Assembly (NCBI GenBank): GCA_038145175.1
Contig: JAYQPE010000005.1
Location: 25,097-89,096, forward strand
Length of the DNA: 64,000 nt
Direction of reading: 5' to 3'
Source of the DNA: Actinomycetes bacterium
GTDB taxonomy: Bacteria > Actinomycetota > Actinomycetes > S36-B12 > UBA5976
Shown here in pieces: positions 23,133 to 37,300 of the stretch. Position numbers and translations under genes: made by a program. Under the pieces are notes generated by a model. The model worked only from the letters and a program-made list of their open reading frames with translations. It ran no database searches and was not told the origin of the DNA. The first letter of the stretch is position 1, and each line of letters starts with the position of its first letter.

Positions 23133-23229
23133 TGGACAAAAGATTATCAGCCAAATCTAGATCGGTCTAGTCCTATCCCCTGTGAACTAGTCAGGCTTGA
23201 AAAATACTCAAGAATTAAACTTATTCATT

Positions 23230-24138
23230 ATGGATCTAGATAAAGTCATTCTTTATTACGCATTCACTCCCGTGAATGACCCACAAGCTTTGATGTTGTG
23301 GCAAAAGACTTTATGTCAATCTTTAAATATAAAGGGCAGAATTTTAATTTCACCACATGGCATAAATGGAACCTTGGGTGGAAAGATGGAAGATTTAAAA
23401 AAATACATCAAACAAACCAGGCTTTATCCAGGATTTAAGAAAATTGATTTTAAATGGTCCGAAGGAACTGGAAATGATTTTCCAAAACTAAAAGTAAAAG
23501 TTAAAGAAGAATTAGTTCCATTTGGAAATACTGATGAAATTAAAGTGAGTGAAACTGGAATTATTGGTGGTGGAACTCACCTTAAGCCAGAACAAGTCCA
23601 CAAATTAGTTGAAGAAAGAAAAGATGAAGTGATCTTCTTTGATGGTCGTAATTCTTTTGAAGCAAAAGTAGGAAAATTTAAAAATGCAGTTGTGCCACAA
23701 ACTTCTACCACAAGAGATTTCATTAAAGAAATTGAAAGCGGAAAATACGATCACTTAAAAAATAAAGCAGTTGTTACTTACTGCACCGGTGGTATCAGGT
23801 GTGAAGTTTTATCTGTCTTAATGAAAAATAGAGGCTTTAGCGAGGTTTACCAAATAAAAGGTGGAATTGTTCGCTACGGCAACAAATATGGTGATGATGG
23901 ATTTTGGGAAGGTTCTCTTTACACCTTTGATGATCGATTAACCATAGATTTCAGTGATAAAACAAAATTGATTGGTACATGTGCCAGATGTAGCGCAAAA
24001 ACTAAATCATTTAGAAATTGTCAAAATCCAAATTGCCATCAATTAGTTTTACTTTGCGATGATTGCTATGCCACTCACGTTGGAATGCCATGTGTGCATG
24101 ATCGCGAGACTAAACAAAATCGCGAACTAGTTGGTTAA
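23230..24138 (+). CDS. trhO: rhodanese-domain tRNA uridine(34) hydroxylase (TrhO/YceA, UPF0176)
   Basis: [13 protein letters not shown]...[16 protein letters not shown] and rhodanese active-site [12 protein letters not shown] 23230 is preferred; TTG 23197 is the alternative. Confidence 0.83.
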   Translation: MDLDKVILYYAFTPVNDPQALMLWQKTLCQSLNIKGRILISPHGINGTLGGKMEDLKKYIKQTRLYPGFKKIDFKWSEGTGNDFPKLKVKVKEELVPFGNTDEIKVSETGIIGGGTHLKPEQVHKLVEERKDEVIFFDGRNSFEAKVGKFKNAVVPQTSTTRDFIKEIESGKYDHLKNKAVVTYCTGGIRCEVLSVLMKNRGFSEVYQIKGGIVRYGNKYGDDGFWEGSLYTFDDRLTIDFSDKTKLIGTCARCSAKTKSFRNCQNPNCHQLVLLCDDCYATHVGMPCVHDRETKQNRELVG

Positions 24139-25820
24139 TTACAAACAGCACCTTTAGCTGAAGTTCCAACTAAACGAGCATATTTTCCAAGTACTCCAGT
24201 TGTATACCTTGGTTGCGCTGGTTTCCAATTAGCTTTTCTTTGTTCCAAAGTTTTTTCATCAACTAATAAATCTAATCTTCTATTTGTTAAATCTAATTTA
24301 ATTTTGTCCCCAGTTTCAACCAATGCAATTGGACCACCATCAGTTGCTTCAGGTGCTACGTGACCGATACAAAATCCAGCAGTTGCACCACTAAATCTTC
24401 CATCTGTAACTAACATGACATCTTTACCTAAACCTGCACCTTTAATTGCTGCTGTAACCGCTAACATTTCACGCATTCCCGGACCACCTTTTGGTCCTTC
24501 ATATCGAATTACCACAACATCGCCTTTAACAATTTTTCCTTGGGTTAAAGCTTCCATGGCAAATTTTTCATCATCATAAACTTTTGCAGTTCCTTCAAAA
24601 ATTGGTGATTCAACAGATGCTGCTTTAATAACAGATCCTTCAGGAGCAAGAGATCCTTTAAGAATTACTAAACCACCAGTTTTGTGAATTGGATTATTTA
24701 CAGCATAAATAATTTTTCCGTCAGGATCTGGCGGATTTATGTCCTGTAGATTTTCTGCCAAAGTTTTTCCAGTCACAGTTAAGGCATCTCCGTGCATTAA
24801 ACCTGCATCAAGTAAAGCTTTCATAACTACTGGAACTCCACCTATTTTGTCTAAATCATTCATTACATATCGACCAAATGGTTTAACATCTGCCAAGTGT
24901 GGAGTTTTATCACCGATTCGATTGAAATCATCAATAGTTAAATCAACTTTTGCTTCATGAGCAATTGCTAATAAATGTAATACTGCGTTAGTTGATCCAC
25001 CAAGTGCCATTAAAACTGTGATGGCATTTTCAAATGCTTTCTTGGTCATAATGTCTCTTGCTGTAATTCCTTTTTTAATTAAATTAACTACCGCTTCACC
25101 AGCTGCAAAAGCATCAGCATCACGTCTTGAATCAATAGCTGGAGCACTAGCACTTCCAGGAAGAGCCATTCCTAGGGCTTCTGCTGCAGAACTCATAGTG
25201 TTTGCGGTAAACATTCCTCCACAAGCACCTTCACCAGGACATGCTGCTCTTTCAATATCACCTAATTCTTTTTCAGTTATTTTTCCTAAAGCACAAGCTC
25301 CAACACCTTCGAAAACATCTTGGATAGTTAAATCTTTTCCATTTAAATTTCCTGGCATTATTGATCCGTTATATATAAAAACATTTGCTAAATCTAATCT
25401 TGCTGCTGCCATTAGCATTCCCGGCAAAGATTTATCACAACCTGCCAAGGTAACGCTGCCGTCTAATCTTTCAGCATGCATCACGCATTCAACTGAATCT
25501 GTAATTATTTCTCTACTTACTAACGATGCACGCATTCCTTCATGTCCCATAGAGATTCCATCTGAAACTGAAATTGTTGAAAATTCCATGGGAAATCCAC
25601 CAGCTGCAAAAACACCTGCTTTGGCTTTTTCTGCTAATCGTCTTAATGACATATTGCAAGGTGTTATTTCATTCCAAGAAGATGCAATTCCTATTTGTGG
25701 TTTTTTAAAATCTTCATCTTTCATTCCTACTGCACGTAACATGGCTCGTGCTGGTGCGCGTTCAAAACCTTCAGTTACATCTTTACTTCTTGGTTTTAAA
25801 TCACCTGGTTTAGTTGCCAT
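24135..25820 (-). CDS. ilvD: dihydroxy-acid dehydratase
   Basis: 561 aa, GCDKSLPG and [12 protein letters not shown] motifs. Confidence 0.96.
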   Translation of the reverse strand: MATKPGDLKPRSKDVTEGFERAPARAMLRAVGMKDEDFKKPQIGIASSWNEITPCNMSLRRLAEKAKAGVFAAGGFPMEFSTISVSDGISMGHEGMRASLVSREIITDSVECVMHAERLDGSVTLAGCDKSLPGMLMAAARLDLANVFIYNGSIMPGNLNGKDLTIQDVFEGVGACALGKITEKELGDIERAACPGEGACGGMFTANTMSSAAEALGMALPGSASAPAIDSRRDADAFAAGEAVVNLIKKGITARDIMTKKAFENAITVLMALGGSTNAVLHLLAIAHEAKVDLTIDDFNRIGDKTPHLADVKPFGRYVMNDLDKIGGVPVVMKALLDAGLMHGDALTVTGKTLAENLQDINPPDPDGKIIYAVNNPIHKTGGLVILKGSLAPEGSVIKAASVESPIFEGTAKVYDDEKFAMEALTQGKIVKGDVVVIRYEGPKGGPGMREMLAVTAAIKGAGLGKDVMLVTDGRFSGATAGFCIGHVAPEATDGGPIALVETGDKIKLDLTNRRLDLLVDEKTLEQRKANWKPAQPRYTTGVLGKYARLVGTSAKGAVCN

Positions 25821-25853
25821 ATAAATACTGTATCTATATCAATTCTTTTTGTT

Positions 25854-27350
25854 TTAACTACCTAATGTTTTCAAGATTAATTCTCGAACCTTAGCCGCAT
25901 CGGCACTGCCACCTGTAGTTTTCATAACTGCTCCAACGATTACCCCAACAACTTGAACTTTTCCTTCCTTGATTTTTGCTGCAGCATCAGGATTAGCTGC
26001 TATTGCTTCATTTATAGCGGGCAGTAATGCAGAATCATCTGCTACTACGACTAACTTTCTTTTTTCCATAACTTGGTCTGAATTTCCTTCGCCAAGTAAA
26101 ATTCCATCTATTACTTGTCGAGCTAATTTATCTGTTAATTTTCCTTCATTTACTAGTTGATCTATTCTTGCCACATCTTCTGGACTAATTTTTAAACTAG
26201 TTAGTTCCACACTAGATTCACTTGCTCTTCTTGCTAATTCTCCTGCCCACCATTTTCTAGCAGCAGCTGGTTTAGCGCCTTTTGCAATTGTTTCAGAAAT
26301 TAAATCAACAGCGCCTAATGTTGTGACATCTCTCATTTCTAAATCTGTAAATCCCCATTCCTTGGCAAGTCTTGCTCGTCTAATTGAAGGTTGCTCAGGT
26401 AATTCACTTCTTAATTTTTCAATCCAATTTTTATCAGGTGCAATTGGAACTAAATCTGGTTCTGGAAAATATCGATACTCTTCTGCTACTTCTTTACTTC
26501 TTCCACTTCTGGTTGAACCTGTATCTTCTTGAAAATGTCTAGTTTCTTGTTTTATTTTTTTTCCATTATCTAGTTCAGTTGCTTGTCTTTCAATTTCACT
26601 TCTTATAGCTCTTTCCACACTTCTTAATGAGTTAACATTTTTTGTTTCTGTTCGTGTGCCCCATTCTTTTGCACCCTTTGGAGTTAACGAAAGGTTTACA
26701 TCGCATCTTAAGGATCCTTCTTCCATTCGAACATCAGAAACTTTTAAGCCACGAAGTAAATCTCGTAATTCTGTTACATATGCTTTTGCTACAAGTGGGG
26801 CAAATTCATTTGTTCCGGCAACTGGTTTAGTCACAATTTCAACTAGTGGAATTCCTGCTCGGTTGTAATCAACTAATGAATAATCTGCGCCATGAATTCT
26901 TCCAGTTGATCCACCAGCGTGGGTTAATTTTCCAGTGTCTTCTTCTAAATGAACTCTTTCAATTTCTACTCTGAAAGTTTTAGAACCTTCATCTGTGTCA
27001 ACAACTACATCTAAATATCCATTTGAACAAAGCGGCTCATCGTATTGACTGGTTTGAAAATCTTTTGGCATATCTGGATAAAAATAATTTTTTCTTGCAA
27101 ATCTAGAAAATGCAGCAATGCTGCAATTAAGTGCTAAGCCAATTCTGATGGTTGATTCAATTGCTGTTTCATTTGCTACTGGAAGAGAACCTGGAAGACC
27201 CAAACAAGTTGGACAAGTTTGAGTATTTGGTTCTGCCCCAAATTCTGTGGAGCAAGAACAAAACATTTTTGATTTTGTGGATAATTCAACATGTGTTTCT
27301 AGACCAATTACTGGATCATATTTTGATATTGCAGTTTCAAAATTACCCAT
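25854..27350 (-). CDS. gatB: Asp/Glu-tRNA amidotransferase subunit B
   Basis: 498 aa, GLETHVEL N-terminus and a C-terminal YqeY-like domain. Confidence 0.95.
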   Translation of the reverse strand: MGNFETAISKYDPVIGLETHVELSTKSKMFCSCSTEFGAEPNTQTCPTCLGLPGSLPVANETAIESTIRIGLALNCSIAAFSRFARKNYFYPDMPKDFQTSQYDEPLCSNGYLDVVVDTDEGSKTFRVEIERVHLEEDTGKLTHAGGSTGRIHGADYSLVDYNRAGIPLVEIVTKPVAGTNEFAPLVAKAYVTELRDLLRGLKVSDVRMEEGSLRCDVNLSLTPKGAKEWGTRTETKNVNSLRSVERAIRSEIERQATELDNGKKIKQETRHFQEDTGSTRSGRSKEVAEEYRYFPEPDLVPIAPDKNWIEKLRSELPEQPSIRRARLAKEWGFTDLEMRDVTTLGAVDLISETIAKGAKPAAARKWWAGELARRASESSVELTSLKISPEDVARIDQLVNEGKLTDKLARQVIDGILLGEGNSDQVMEKRKLVVVADDSALLPAINEAIAANPDAAAKIKEGKVQVVGVIVGAVMKTTGGSADAAKVRELILKTLGS

Positions 27351-28851
27351 GGGAGATTACTTTCAAATCAGGAATCGAGTCAATTAACAAACCATTCCAT
27401 TTATTTTTCAAACTTGCTTCTAAAGTTGCAGCAACTTGATACATGCGATCATCTTGCATAAATGGTGCAATTATTTGTAATCCAACGGGTAATTTATCTT
27501 CATCAGCTAATCCAATTGGAATGCTCATTGCAGGAATTCCTGCAAGAGACGGTGGAAGTGTTGCTAGATCTGCTAAATACATAGCCAGTGGATCATTAAC
27601 TCTTTCCCCTAATCCCCAGGCAGTTGTTGGAGAGGTTGGTGAAATTAATACATCTACTTCTTTAAACGCATTCTTCAAATCTTGTGCAATTAAAGCTCTA
27701 ACTTTTTGTGCTTGAGCATAATAGGCATCGTAATAACCAGAAGATAAAGCATAAGTTCCAATCATTATTCTTCGTTTTACTTCTTTGCCAAATCCTTTTG
27801 CTCGTGTTTTATTCATTACTTCTTCAGCACTTAAATTTTGATCATCTACTCTTAAGCCATAGCGCATTCCATCAAATCTGGCTAAATTACTTGAAGCTTC
27901 ACTTGGTGCAATTAAATAATAAGTAGCAAGTGCGTATACCGAATGAGGGATTGATATTTCTCTAACTTCAGCACCTAAAGATTTTAAAGTTTCAATTGAT
28001 TCATTAAATCTATTTATGACTCCTTTTTGCCAACCTGAACCACTTAGTTCTTTGATGTAACCAATTTTCATGCCTTTGATTTCTAATTTTTTAGAAGCAG
28101 AAACTACATCTGGAACTTTTTCATTAATACTTGTGGAATCTAGTGGATCATGTCCTGCTATAACTTCATGCAACATTGCACAATCTAAAACAGTTCTTGC
28201 AAATGGTCCTGCTTGATCTAATGAAGATGCAAACGCAACTAATCCATAACGTGACACCGCGCCATAACTTGGTTTGGCTCCGACAATTCCTGTCACAGAT
28301 GCAGGCTGTCTAATCGATCCTCCAGTATCTGTGCCAATTGAAAGGGGTGCAAAAAATGCAGCCACCGCAGCAGATGAACCACCTGAAGATCCACCAGGAA
28401 TTTTATTTAAATCCCAAGGATTTCTAGTTGGAAAATATGCGCTGTTTTCAGTAGATGAACCCATAGCAAATTCATCCATATTAGTTTTACCTAAAATAAT
28501 TACTCCAGATTTTTTTAGATTTTTTACAACTGTGGAATCATATGGTGGAAGCCAATTTTCTAATATTTTTGATCCACATGTTGTTGGAACATCTTTTTGC
28601 GTCAAAACATCTTTTAATGCAAGAGGAACGCCAGCTAACTTACTTAATTTCTTATTTTCTTTTCTTGATCTGTCAACATCTTGGGCTTGCTCCAATGCAC
28701 CTTTTTTATCTAAGTGTAAAAAGGCTTTGACTTTATTATCTAATTCTTCAATTCGTGAAAAATGAGCATTAGTAACTTCAACTGCACTGATTTCTTTTTT
28801 ATCAAGCTTTTCGCTTAGTTCTAGCGCTGTTAATTTGGTTAAATCTGCCAT
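27343..28851 (-). CDS. gatA: Asp/Glu-tRNA amidotransferase subunit A
   Basis: Amidase signature [12 protein letters not shown]. Confidence 0.95.
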   Translation of the reverse strand: MADLTKLTALELSEKLDKKEISAVEVTNAHFSRIEELDNKVKAFLHLDKKGALEQAQDVDRSRKENKKLSKLAGVPLALKDVLTQKDVPTTCGSKILENWLPPYDSTVVKNLKKSGVIILGKTNMDEFAMGSSTENSAYFPTRNPWDLNKIPGGSSGGSSAAVAAFFAPLSIGTDTGGSIRQPASVTGIVGAKPSYGAVSRYGLVAFASSLDQAGPFARTVLDCAMLHEVIAGHDPLDSTSINEKVPDVVSASKKLEIKGMKIGYIKELSGSGWQKGVINRFNESIETLKSLGAEVREISIPHSVYALATYYLIAPSEASSNLARFDGMRYGLRVDDQNLSAEEVMNKTRAKGFGKEVKRRIMIGTYALSSGYYDAYYAQAQKVRALIAQDLKNAFKEVDVLISPTSPTTAWGLGERVNDPLAMYLADLATLPPSLAGIPAMSIPIGLADEDKLPVGLQIIAPFMQDDRMYQVAATLEASLKNKWNGLLIDSIPDLKVISHG

Positions 28852-29147
28852 TATTCTTCGTCCAATATTCTTGGAACTTTGAATTTGTCATCTTCACTAG
28901 CTGGAGCTGACTTTAAAATTGCTTCACGTTTTAATGATGGTTTTGTTTCATCAATTCTAAAAATATTTACGGCACCTGTGGCATGTGACATTGGCTGAAT
29001 ATTTTTGGTGTCAACTTCTCCAACTTTTGCAACAGATTCCAGGATAATTTCTAATTGTTTAGCATATTCATCTAATTCTGATTCTGCTAAATCTAATCTG
29101 GCTAGTTTTGCTAAATTAGCAACTTCTTCTTTAGATATTTTTGACAC
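28851..29147 (-). CDS. gatC: Asp/Glu-tRNA amidotransferase subunit C
   Basis: 98 aa with typical GatC sequence. GTG start. 1-nt overlap with the gatA start. Confidence 0.9.
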   Translation of the reverse strand: MSKISKEEVANLAKLARLDLAESELDEYAKQLEIILESVAKVGEVDTKNIQPMSHATGAVNIFRIDETKPSLKREAILKSAPASEDDKFKVPRILDEE

Positions 29148-29164
29148 GTTTAATATCTTATTAT

Positions 29165-32417
<3,253 letters not shown>

Positions 32418-32421
<4 letters not shown>

Positions 32422-33593
32422 GACTTCACTGCTGGTTTTCCAGCTCTTCTTGCTCTTTCTACAACTGCAGGTAAAACATTTATTACATCTGTTACATCAT
32501 CTGGAGTTGAAGTAGTCCCAAATGAAAATCTGATTGAACCTCTTGCTGTTTGTTCATCTCTTCCCATTGCAAGCAACACATGTGAAGGTTGAGGAATACC
32601 TGCAGAGCATGCAGAACCTGTTGAACATTCAATTCCTTGAGCGTCTAACAACATTAATACTGCATCACCTTCGCAACCTTTAAAAGTAAAATGAACATTT
32701 CCTGGTAAGCGATTTTCAGGATCCCCATTTAAAACAACATTGGGAATAACTTCTTGAACTTTGTTGATTAAATCTTTTCTTAATGAAGTTAATCTTGAAG
32801 CACGATTAAATCTTTGACTTACCGCAACTTTTATAGCTGCTGCAAATCCTGCAATTTGAGGCGCAGCTAAAGTTCCAGATCTAACTTCTCTTTCTTGTCC
32901 ACCTCCATGCAAAACTGGCGTTAATTCAATATCTCTTTTAATAACCAAAACACCAATTCCTTGCGGTCCACCAACTTTGTGTCCACTAACGGTTAAAGCA
33001 TCAAGTCCTGAATCTTGAAAGTGAACTTCTAAACAACCAACAGCTTGAACTGCATCTGAATGAATTGGAATATCAAATTCTTTAGCAACTTTTACTAAAT
33101 CTTTAATTGGTTGAACAGTACCTACTTCATTATTTGCCCACATCACACTTATAAATGAAACATCTGCTGGATTTTTCTCGATTGATTTTTTTAAAGTTTC
33201 AACACTTACTCTGCCAAATTCATCTACTGGTAATAATTCAACAATTGCCTGGTCGTGTTCTTTAAGCCACAAGACGGGATCTAAAACAGCATGATGTTCA
33301 ACTGCTGAAATCAGAATTCTATTTCGCTTTGAATCTTTTTTAATTCTTGACCAAAACAAACCTTTAATTGCTAAATTGTTGGATTCAGTTCCACCAGAGG
33401 TAAATATGACTTCAACAGGTCTTGCCCCAAGTGCTGCAGCTATTACTTCACGAGATTCTTCAACAACTTTTCTAGCTCTTCTTCCAGAAGAATGTAGAGA
33501 TGAAGGATTTCCAGGTTTTGCCAATTCTGCTGTCATCGCAGCAACTGCCTCAGGCAACATTGGAGTTGTGGCTGCGTGATCTAAATAAGTCAT
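32418..33593 (-). CDS. iscS: cysteine desulfurase (NifS/IscS family)
   Basis: 391 aa class V aminotransferase, SGHKVGGPQGIG PLP-Lys motif and SGSACS catalytic Cys loop. Confidence 0.9.
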
Positions 33594-33612
33594 AACCTCA
33601 AGTTTAGACGAT

Positions 33613-34539
33613 TTAGAACAATGCGCTTGCGAGGTCTCTTCGAGCCTTAATTACGTGAGGATCATTGTCGCCTACCACGACAAATAATTCTAAAAGTCTT
33701 TCTCTCAATTTATCTCTGTCTTGTCCGCTAGTTATTTTTATAGCTGCAATTAAAGCATTAAATCCTGCTTCTGGATTTCCTTTCATAAGCTCTAAATCAG
33801 CTAATTGCAATTGAGCATCAACATTTTTCTTATCACTTGCGTTTTTTCTAATCTCATTTTCATTTAAAGTTTTAGATCTTTCTAGCAATCCAACTTGAGC
33901 AAGTCCTGCAATGGCAGTTTCATCTTTTGGGTTTTGATTAAGCATTTCTTGATAAATTATTTTTGCTTGCCCAAAATCTCCTTTTTCTATGGCATTAAAT
34001 GCAGCTTCAAGTTTTGGATCAGTTTTTGGTTCTTCAATTTGAACTTCAGGTTGTTCATCAGTTTGGGCTTGCGTAACTGAGCCTTTAACACCTTGTTCAT
34101 TTGCAATTCTGATTACTTCTGTCAACACTTGTCGCACTTGTGCTTCAGGCATTGCTCCTTGAAAAAGTGGAGCAGCAGATCCAGCAATTATTGCAAAAAC
34201 TGCAGGAATAGATTGAACTTGAAATGCAGCAGCAATATTTTGATTTTTATCAATATCAACTTTTGCCAAAATAAATTTTCCATTAAATTCTGCTGCTATT
34301 TTTTCTAAAACAGGAGAAAGTTGTTTACAAGGACCACACCACTCAGCCCATAAATCAACAACAACTGGAACTTGATTAGATGCATCAATTACTTTTTGTT
34401 GGAAGTCACTTTCATCAACATCAATTACAACTCCACTAGGTGCATTTGCCAAAGCAGAATTTGCCGCACTTTGGGCTTGTCTTGCTTGGGCAAGAGCGCC
34501 TAAATCAATTGCGCCCCGCATTGGTATTGAGCCAGCCAA
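33613..34539 (-). CDS. thioredoxin-domain protein with TPR-like C-terminal half (YbbN/CnoX-like)
   Basis: WAEWCGPCKQL thioredoxin motif followed by a helical repeat region. TTG start 8 nt after GAAGGTGA. Confidence 0.85.
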   Translation of the reverse strand: MAGSIPMRGAIDLGALAQARQAQSAANSALANAPSGVVIDVDESDFQQKVIDASNQVPVVVDLWAEWCGPCKQLSPVLEKIAAEFNGKFILAKVDIDKNQNIAAAFQVQSIPAVFAIIAGSAAPLFQGAMPEAQVRQVLTEVIRIANEQGVKGSVTQAQTDEQPEVQIEEPKTDPKLEAAFNAIEKGDFGQAKIIYQEMLNQNPKDETAIAGLAQVGLLERSKTLNENEIRKNASDKKNVDAQLQLADLELMKGNPEAGFNALIAAIKITSGQDRDKLRERLLELFVVVGDNDPHVIKARRDLASALF

Positions 34540-34582
34540 AATTTAATTCACCTTCAAACTTTTTAATTAATTCTAAGAATAG

Positions 34583-35320
34583 TTAAATGTCATTCCACTT
34601 TTCCATTGGACCATCCCAATTTGTGGGCAGAGGAACTTTATCTGGTGCAACTAAATTAATTATGTGATTCAAAACCTTTTGCACGCTAGGTTCTCCAACC
34701 CATAAGTGTTTAGCACCTGGTTCTGCAATGATTTTAATATTAGGACAAATGGCAAATTTTTCTCTAGCTTCTTCTGGTTTTAAATAATCATCTAATTCAG
34801 GAATCAATGCGATGACTTGAAAATTAACATTTTTCCATCGCGTTAATTCTTCTTGTGTAGTAAAGCGCAAAGGTGGAGAAATTAAAACTACGCCACTTAA
34901 TTCTTGGTCATAAGCATGTCTCAAAATTACATCAGTGCCAAATGACCAACCAACTACAAAAGGTTTTCCTAAATTATTTTTTTTCACATATTCAATTGCA
35001 GCTAATAAATCTTTTCCTTCATCATTTGAGGAATCAAAACTTCCAGTACTTCTACCTAATTTTGAACAAGTTCCTCTGGTATTAAATCTAATAACATTAA
35101 TTCCTGCTAAAGCTGGAAATCTCCAGGATAACTTTCGCAATAAATGACTATCTGTATTTCCGCCATGGGTAGGCAAAGGATGAACTGTAATTATTGTGGC
35201 AATTGCTTTTTTGTCTAATGGAGATGCAATTTCTCCCACTAAAGTTTGACCATCAGTTGTTTCTAAATGAATTAATTCTCTTTTGGCAGGTAAAACTGAA
35301 TTAGAAACTATTTCTGTCAT
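34583..35320 (-). CDS. alpha/beta hydrolase
   Basis: 245 aa with the nucleophile-elbow motif GWSFG. Confidence 0.75.
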   Translation of the reverse strand: MTEIVSNSVLPAKRELIHLETTDGQTLVGEIASPLDKKAIATIITVHPLPTHGGNTDSHLLRKLSWRFPALAGINVIRFNTRGTCSKLGRSTGSFDSSNDEGKDLLAAIEYVKKNNLGKPFVVGWSFGTDVILRHAYDQELSGVVLISPPLRFTTQEELTRWKNVNFQVIALIPELDDYLKPEEAREKFAICPNIKIIAEPGAKHLWVGEPSVQKVLNHIINLVAPDKVPLPTNWDGPMEKWNDI

Positions 35321-35611
35321 TTAATCTTCTCTTTTATATTTCTTTCGATTTGTATTCCAGCAAGGAGTATGCCAATGTCTTCTATCTTCCAACTGTCCTG
35401 ATATGTATGCAACTGTATGAGGAGTTGCTGTTCTAATTTCTTGATCACAACCTGGACATCTATACGGCTTTGTAGCAGAAGATCCTGTTACTCGTCTAAC
35501 TATCCAATCTCCGTCATTCCAACTTTCACTTTTTTCAATGCCCATTAATCGATTAATGTCAAAACTTGTGTCTAATTTTTTAGTTTTTTTATCTTTATTT
35601 CTTCTTGGCAT
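35321..35611 (-). CDS. conserved small Cys/His protein (putative zinc-binding), function unknown
   Basis: 96 aa with basic termini, YRCPGCDQEI and RRHWHTPCW. It abuts the hydrolase start and lies 9 nt after the nucS stop. Confidence 0.6.
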   Translation of the reverse strand: MPRRNKDKKTKKLDTSFDINRLMGIEKSESWNDGDWIVRRVTGSSATKPYRCPGCDQEIRTATPHTVAYISGQLEDRRHWHTPCWNTNRKKYKRED

Positions 35612-35620
35612 TGTTCTATC

Positions 35621-36292
35621 CTAAAACAATCTTTCTTCTTTTCGATCAAAACCACGTAATGCTTCATAATCAACAACCACACATCTGATTCCTCTATCTT
35701 CCGCCAATGTTTTTGCTTGCGGTTTTATTTCTTGTGCTGCAAAAATTCCACTGACTGGTGCAAGCAATGAATCTCTATTGAGTAGCTCCAAATATCTAGT
35801 TAATTGTTCTACTCCATCAATTTCGCCACGTCTTTTGACTTCTATTGCGACATTTTTTCCATTTTCGTCTTTACACAAAAGATCAACTGGACCAATCGCT
35901 GTTGGGTATTCGCGTCTAACTAGATGCCAATTTTTTCCAAACGTTTCCAAATGTATTGCTAATAATTCTTGAAGATGCGCTTCTACCCCATCTTTTACTA
36001 ATCCTGGATCTACTCCTAAATCGTGAGTGGAATTATGAATTACTTCAGAAACTGTGATGATCAACTGTTCTTGGGTTTTATTTTGAACAGTTATTATCTT
36101 TTTATTTTCTTCATTTATTTCTTTTGTGACACACGGTGGACTCATCCAATTAAGTGGTTTATAAGCTCGATCATCTGCATGAATAGAAACAGACCCATCT
36201 GCTTTGAAAAGAATGAGTCTTGTGGCTTCCGGTAAATGTGCAGTAAGTCTGCCCACATAATCAACTGTGCACTTGGCCACGAGAAGTCTCAT
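35621..36292 (-). CDS. nucS: endonuclease NucS (EndoMS, non-canonical mismatch repair)
   Basis: [50 protein letters not shown] is highly characteristic of NucS. Confidence 0.93.
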   Translation of the reverse strand: MRLLVAKCTVDYVGRLTAHLPEATRLILFKADGSVSIHADDRAYKPLNWMSPPCVTKEINEENKKIITVQNKTQEQLIITVSEVIHNSTHDLGVDPGLVKDGVEAHLQELLAIHLETFGKNWHLVRREYPTAIGPVDLLCKDENGKNVAIEVKRRGEIDGVEQLTRYLELLNRDSLLAPVSGIFAAQEIKPQAKTLAEDRGIRCVVVDYEALRGFDRKEERLF

Positions 36293-36337
36293 AACTTGAT
36301 GATGCCGGATTGCTAAAAGTGCGCAACAATTGCATAC

Positions 36338-36667
36338 ATGATGACTTGGGGCAGCACTACTTATTTACTGGTTCCATTATTAGTTGGGCTTGGCATTTTA
36401 ATATTTGTAGTCATTTTGAAATGGGCTTATAGTCCTAAGAAATCTTCTCTGATTGAAAGACCAACTAAAGCAAGCTTTAAAGATGATTATGGAGTTTTAG
36501 TTCCTATTGCAAATCCAGAAAATTATGCCGATGGTGAAAAATTACGACAAAAATTAATTTCAAACAATATAAAAGCAACATTAGCTTTTACTCTAGAAGG
36601 ACCTCAAATTATGGTTTGGCCAAAAGATGAAAAAATTGCCAAGGAACTTTTAAAAAAATTAGTTTAA
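36338..36667 (+). CDS. hypothetical membrane-anchored protein
   Basis: 109 aa with one N-terminal TM segment ([21 protein letters not shown]). I recognise no family. Confidence 0.5.
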   Translation: MMTWGSTTYLLVPLLVGLGILIFVVILKWAYSPKKSSLIERPTKASFKDDYGVLVPIANPENYADGEKLRQKLISNNIKATLAFTLEGPQIMVWPKDEKIAKELLKKLV

Positions 36668-36668
36668 G

Positions 36669-37241
36669 TTATCTATTTGCTCCAGGAACCCATAAAACAT
36701 CTCCCTGGCTTCTGTTGGCATATCTTGCTAAGACAAACAACAAATCTGATAAACGATTTAAATATCTGGCAGGAGTTTCAGTCATAACAATCTTATGAGC
36801 AGTTAACGCTGTCCAAGTTGATCTTTCTGCACGTCTAACAATTGTTCTTGCCACGTGTAAAAGAGCAGCACCTGCAGTTCCTCCAGGAAGAATAAATGAA
36901 TTAAGCGGTTGTAGAAATGAGTTGTAGTGATCAATTGCTTTTTCTAAAGCATCAACGTAATTTGGTAAAACTCTTAATTGAGGCATATCGTTTTTCTTGC
37001 CTACAGGTGTTGCTAAATCTGCACCCACATCAAATAAATCATTTTGCACTCTAGTTAATAAATCTTTTACATCTTGATCAAGATTACCCATTGCAATTGC
37101 TACACCTATTGCAGAATTTGCTTCATCAACATCTGCAAAAGCTTCAAGTCTTAAATCTGTTTTTAAAGCTCTGGACATATCCCCCAAAGCCGTGGTTCCA
37201 TCATCACCTGTGCGGGTATAGATGCGAGTTAAATTAACCAT
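36669..37241 (-). CDS. ATP:cob(I)alamin adenosyltransferase, PduO/MMAB type
   Basis: IYTRTGDDGTT N-terminal motif, 190 aa. Confidence 0.88.
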   Translation of the reverse strand: MVNLTRIYTRTGDDGTTALGDMSRALKTDLRLEAFADVDEANSAIGVAIAMGNLDQDVKDLLTRVQNDLFDVGADLATPVGKKNDMPQLRVLPNYVDALEKAIDHYNSFLQPLNSFILPGGTAGAALLHVARTIVRRAERSTWTALTAHKIVMTETPARYLNRLSDLLFVLARYANRSQGDVLWVPGANR

Positions 37242-37300
37242 GAGTAGAGCCTATGTCTGAACTGCAGTTTGCACACTTTGGTTGGGTAACCTTGTGAGTC

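Noticed and set aside
25018-25824. 268-aa ORF on the + strand, unusually long for an AT-rich genome
   Set aside because: It lies entirely antisense to the well-supported ilvD gene. The Ala/Ser/Pro-rich low-complexity translation is typical of a shadow frame. There is no SD or recognisable domain.
28274-28765. 163-aa + strand ORF
   Set aside because: It is an antisense shadow of gatA (the amidase signature gene occupies the minus strand) and has no independent support.
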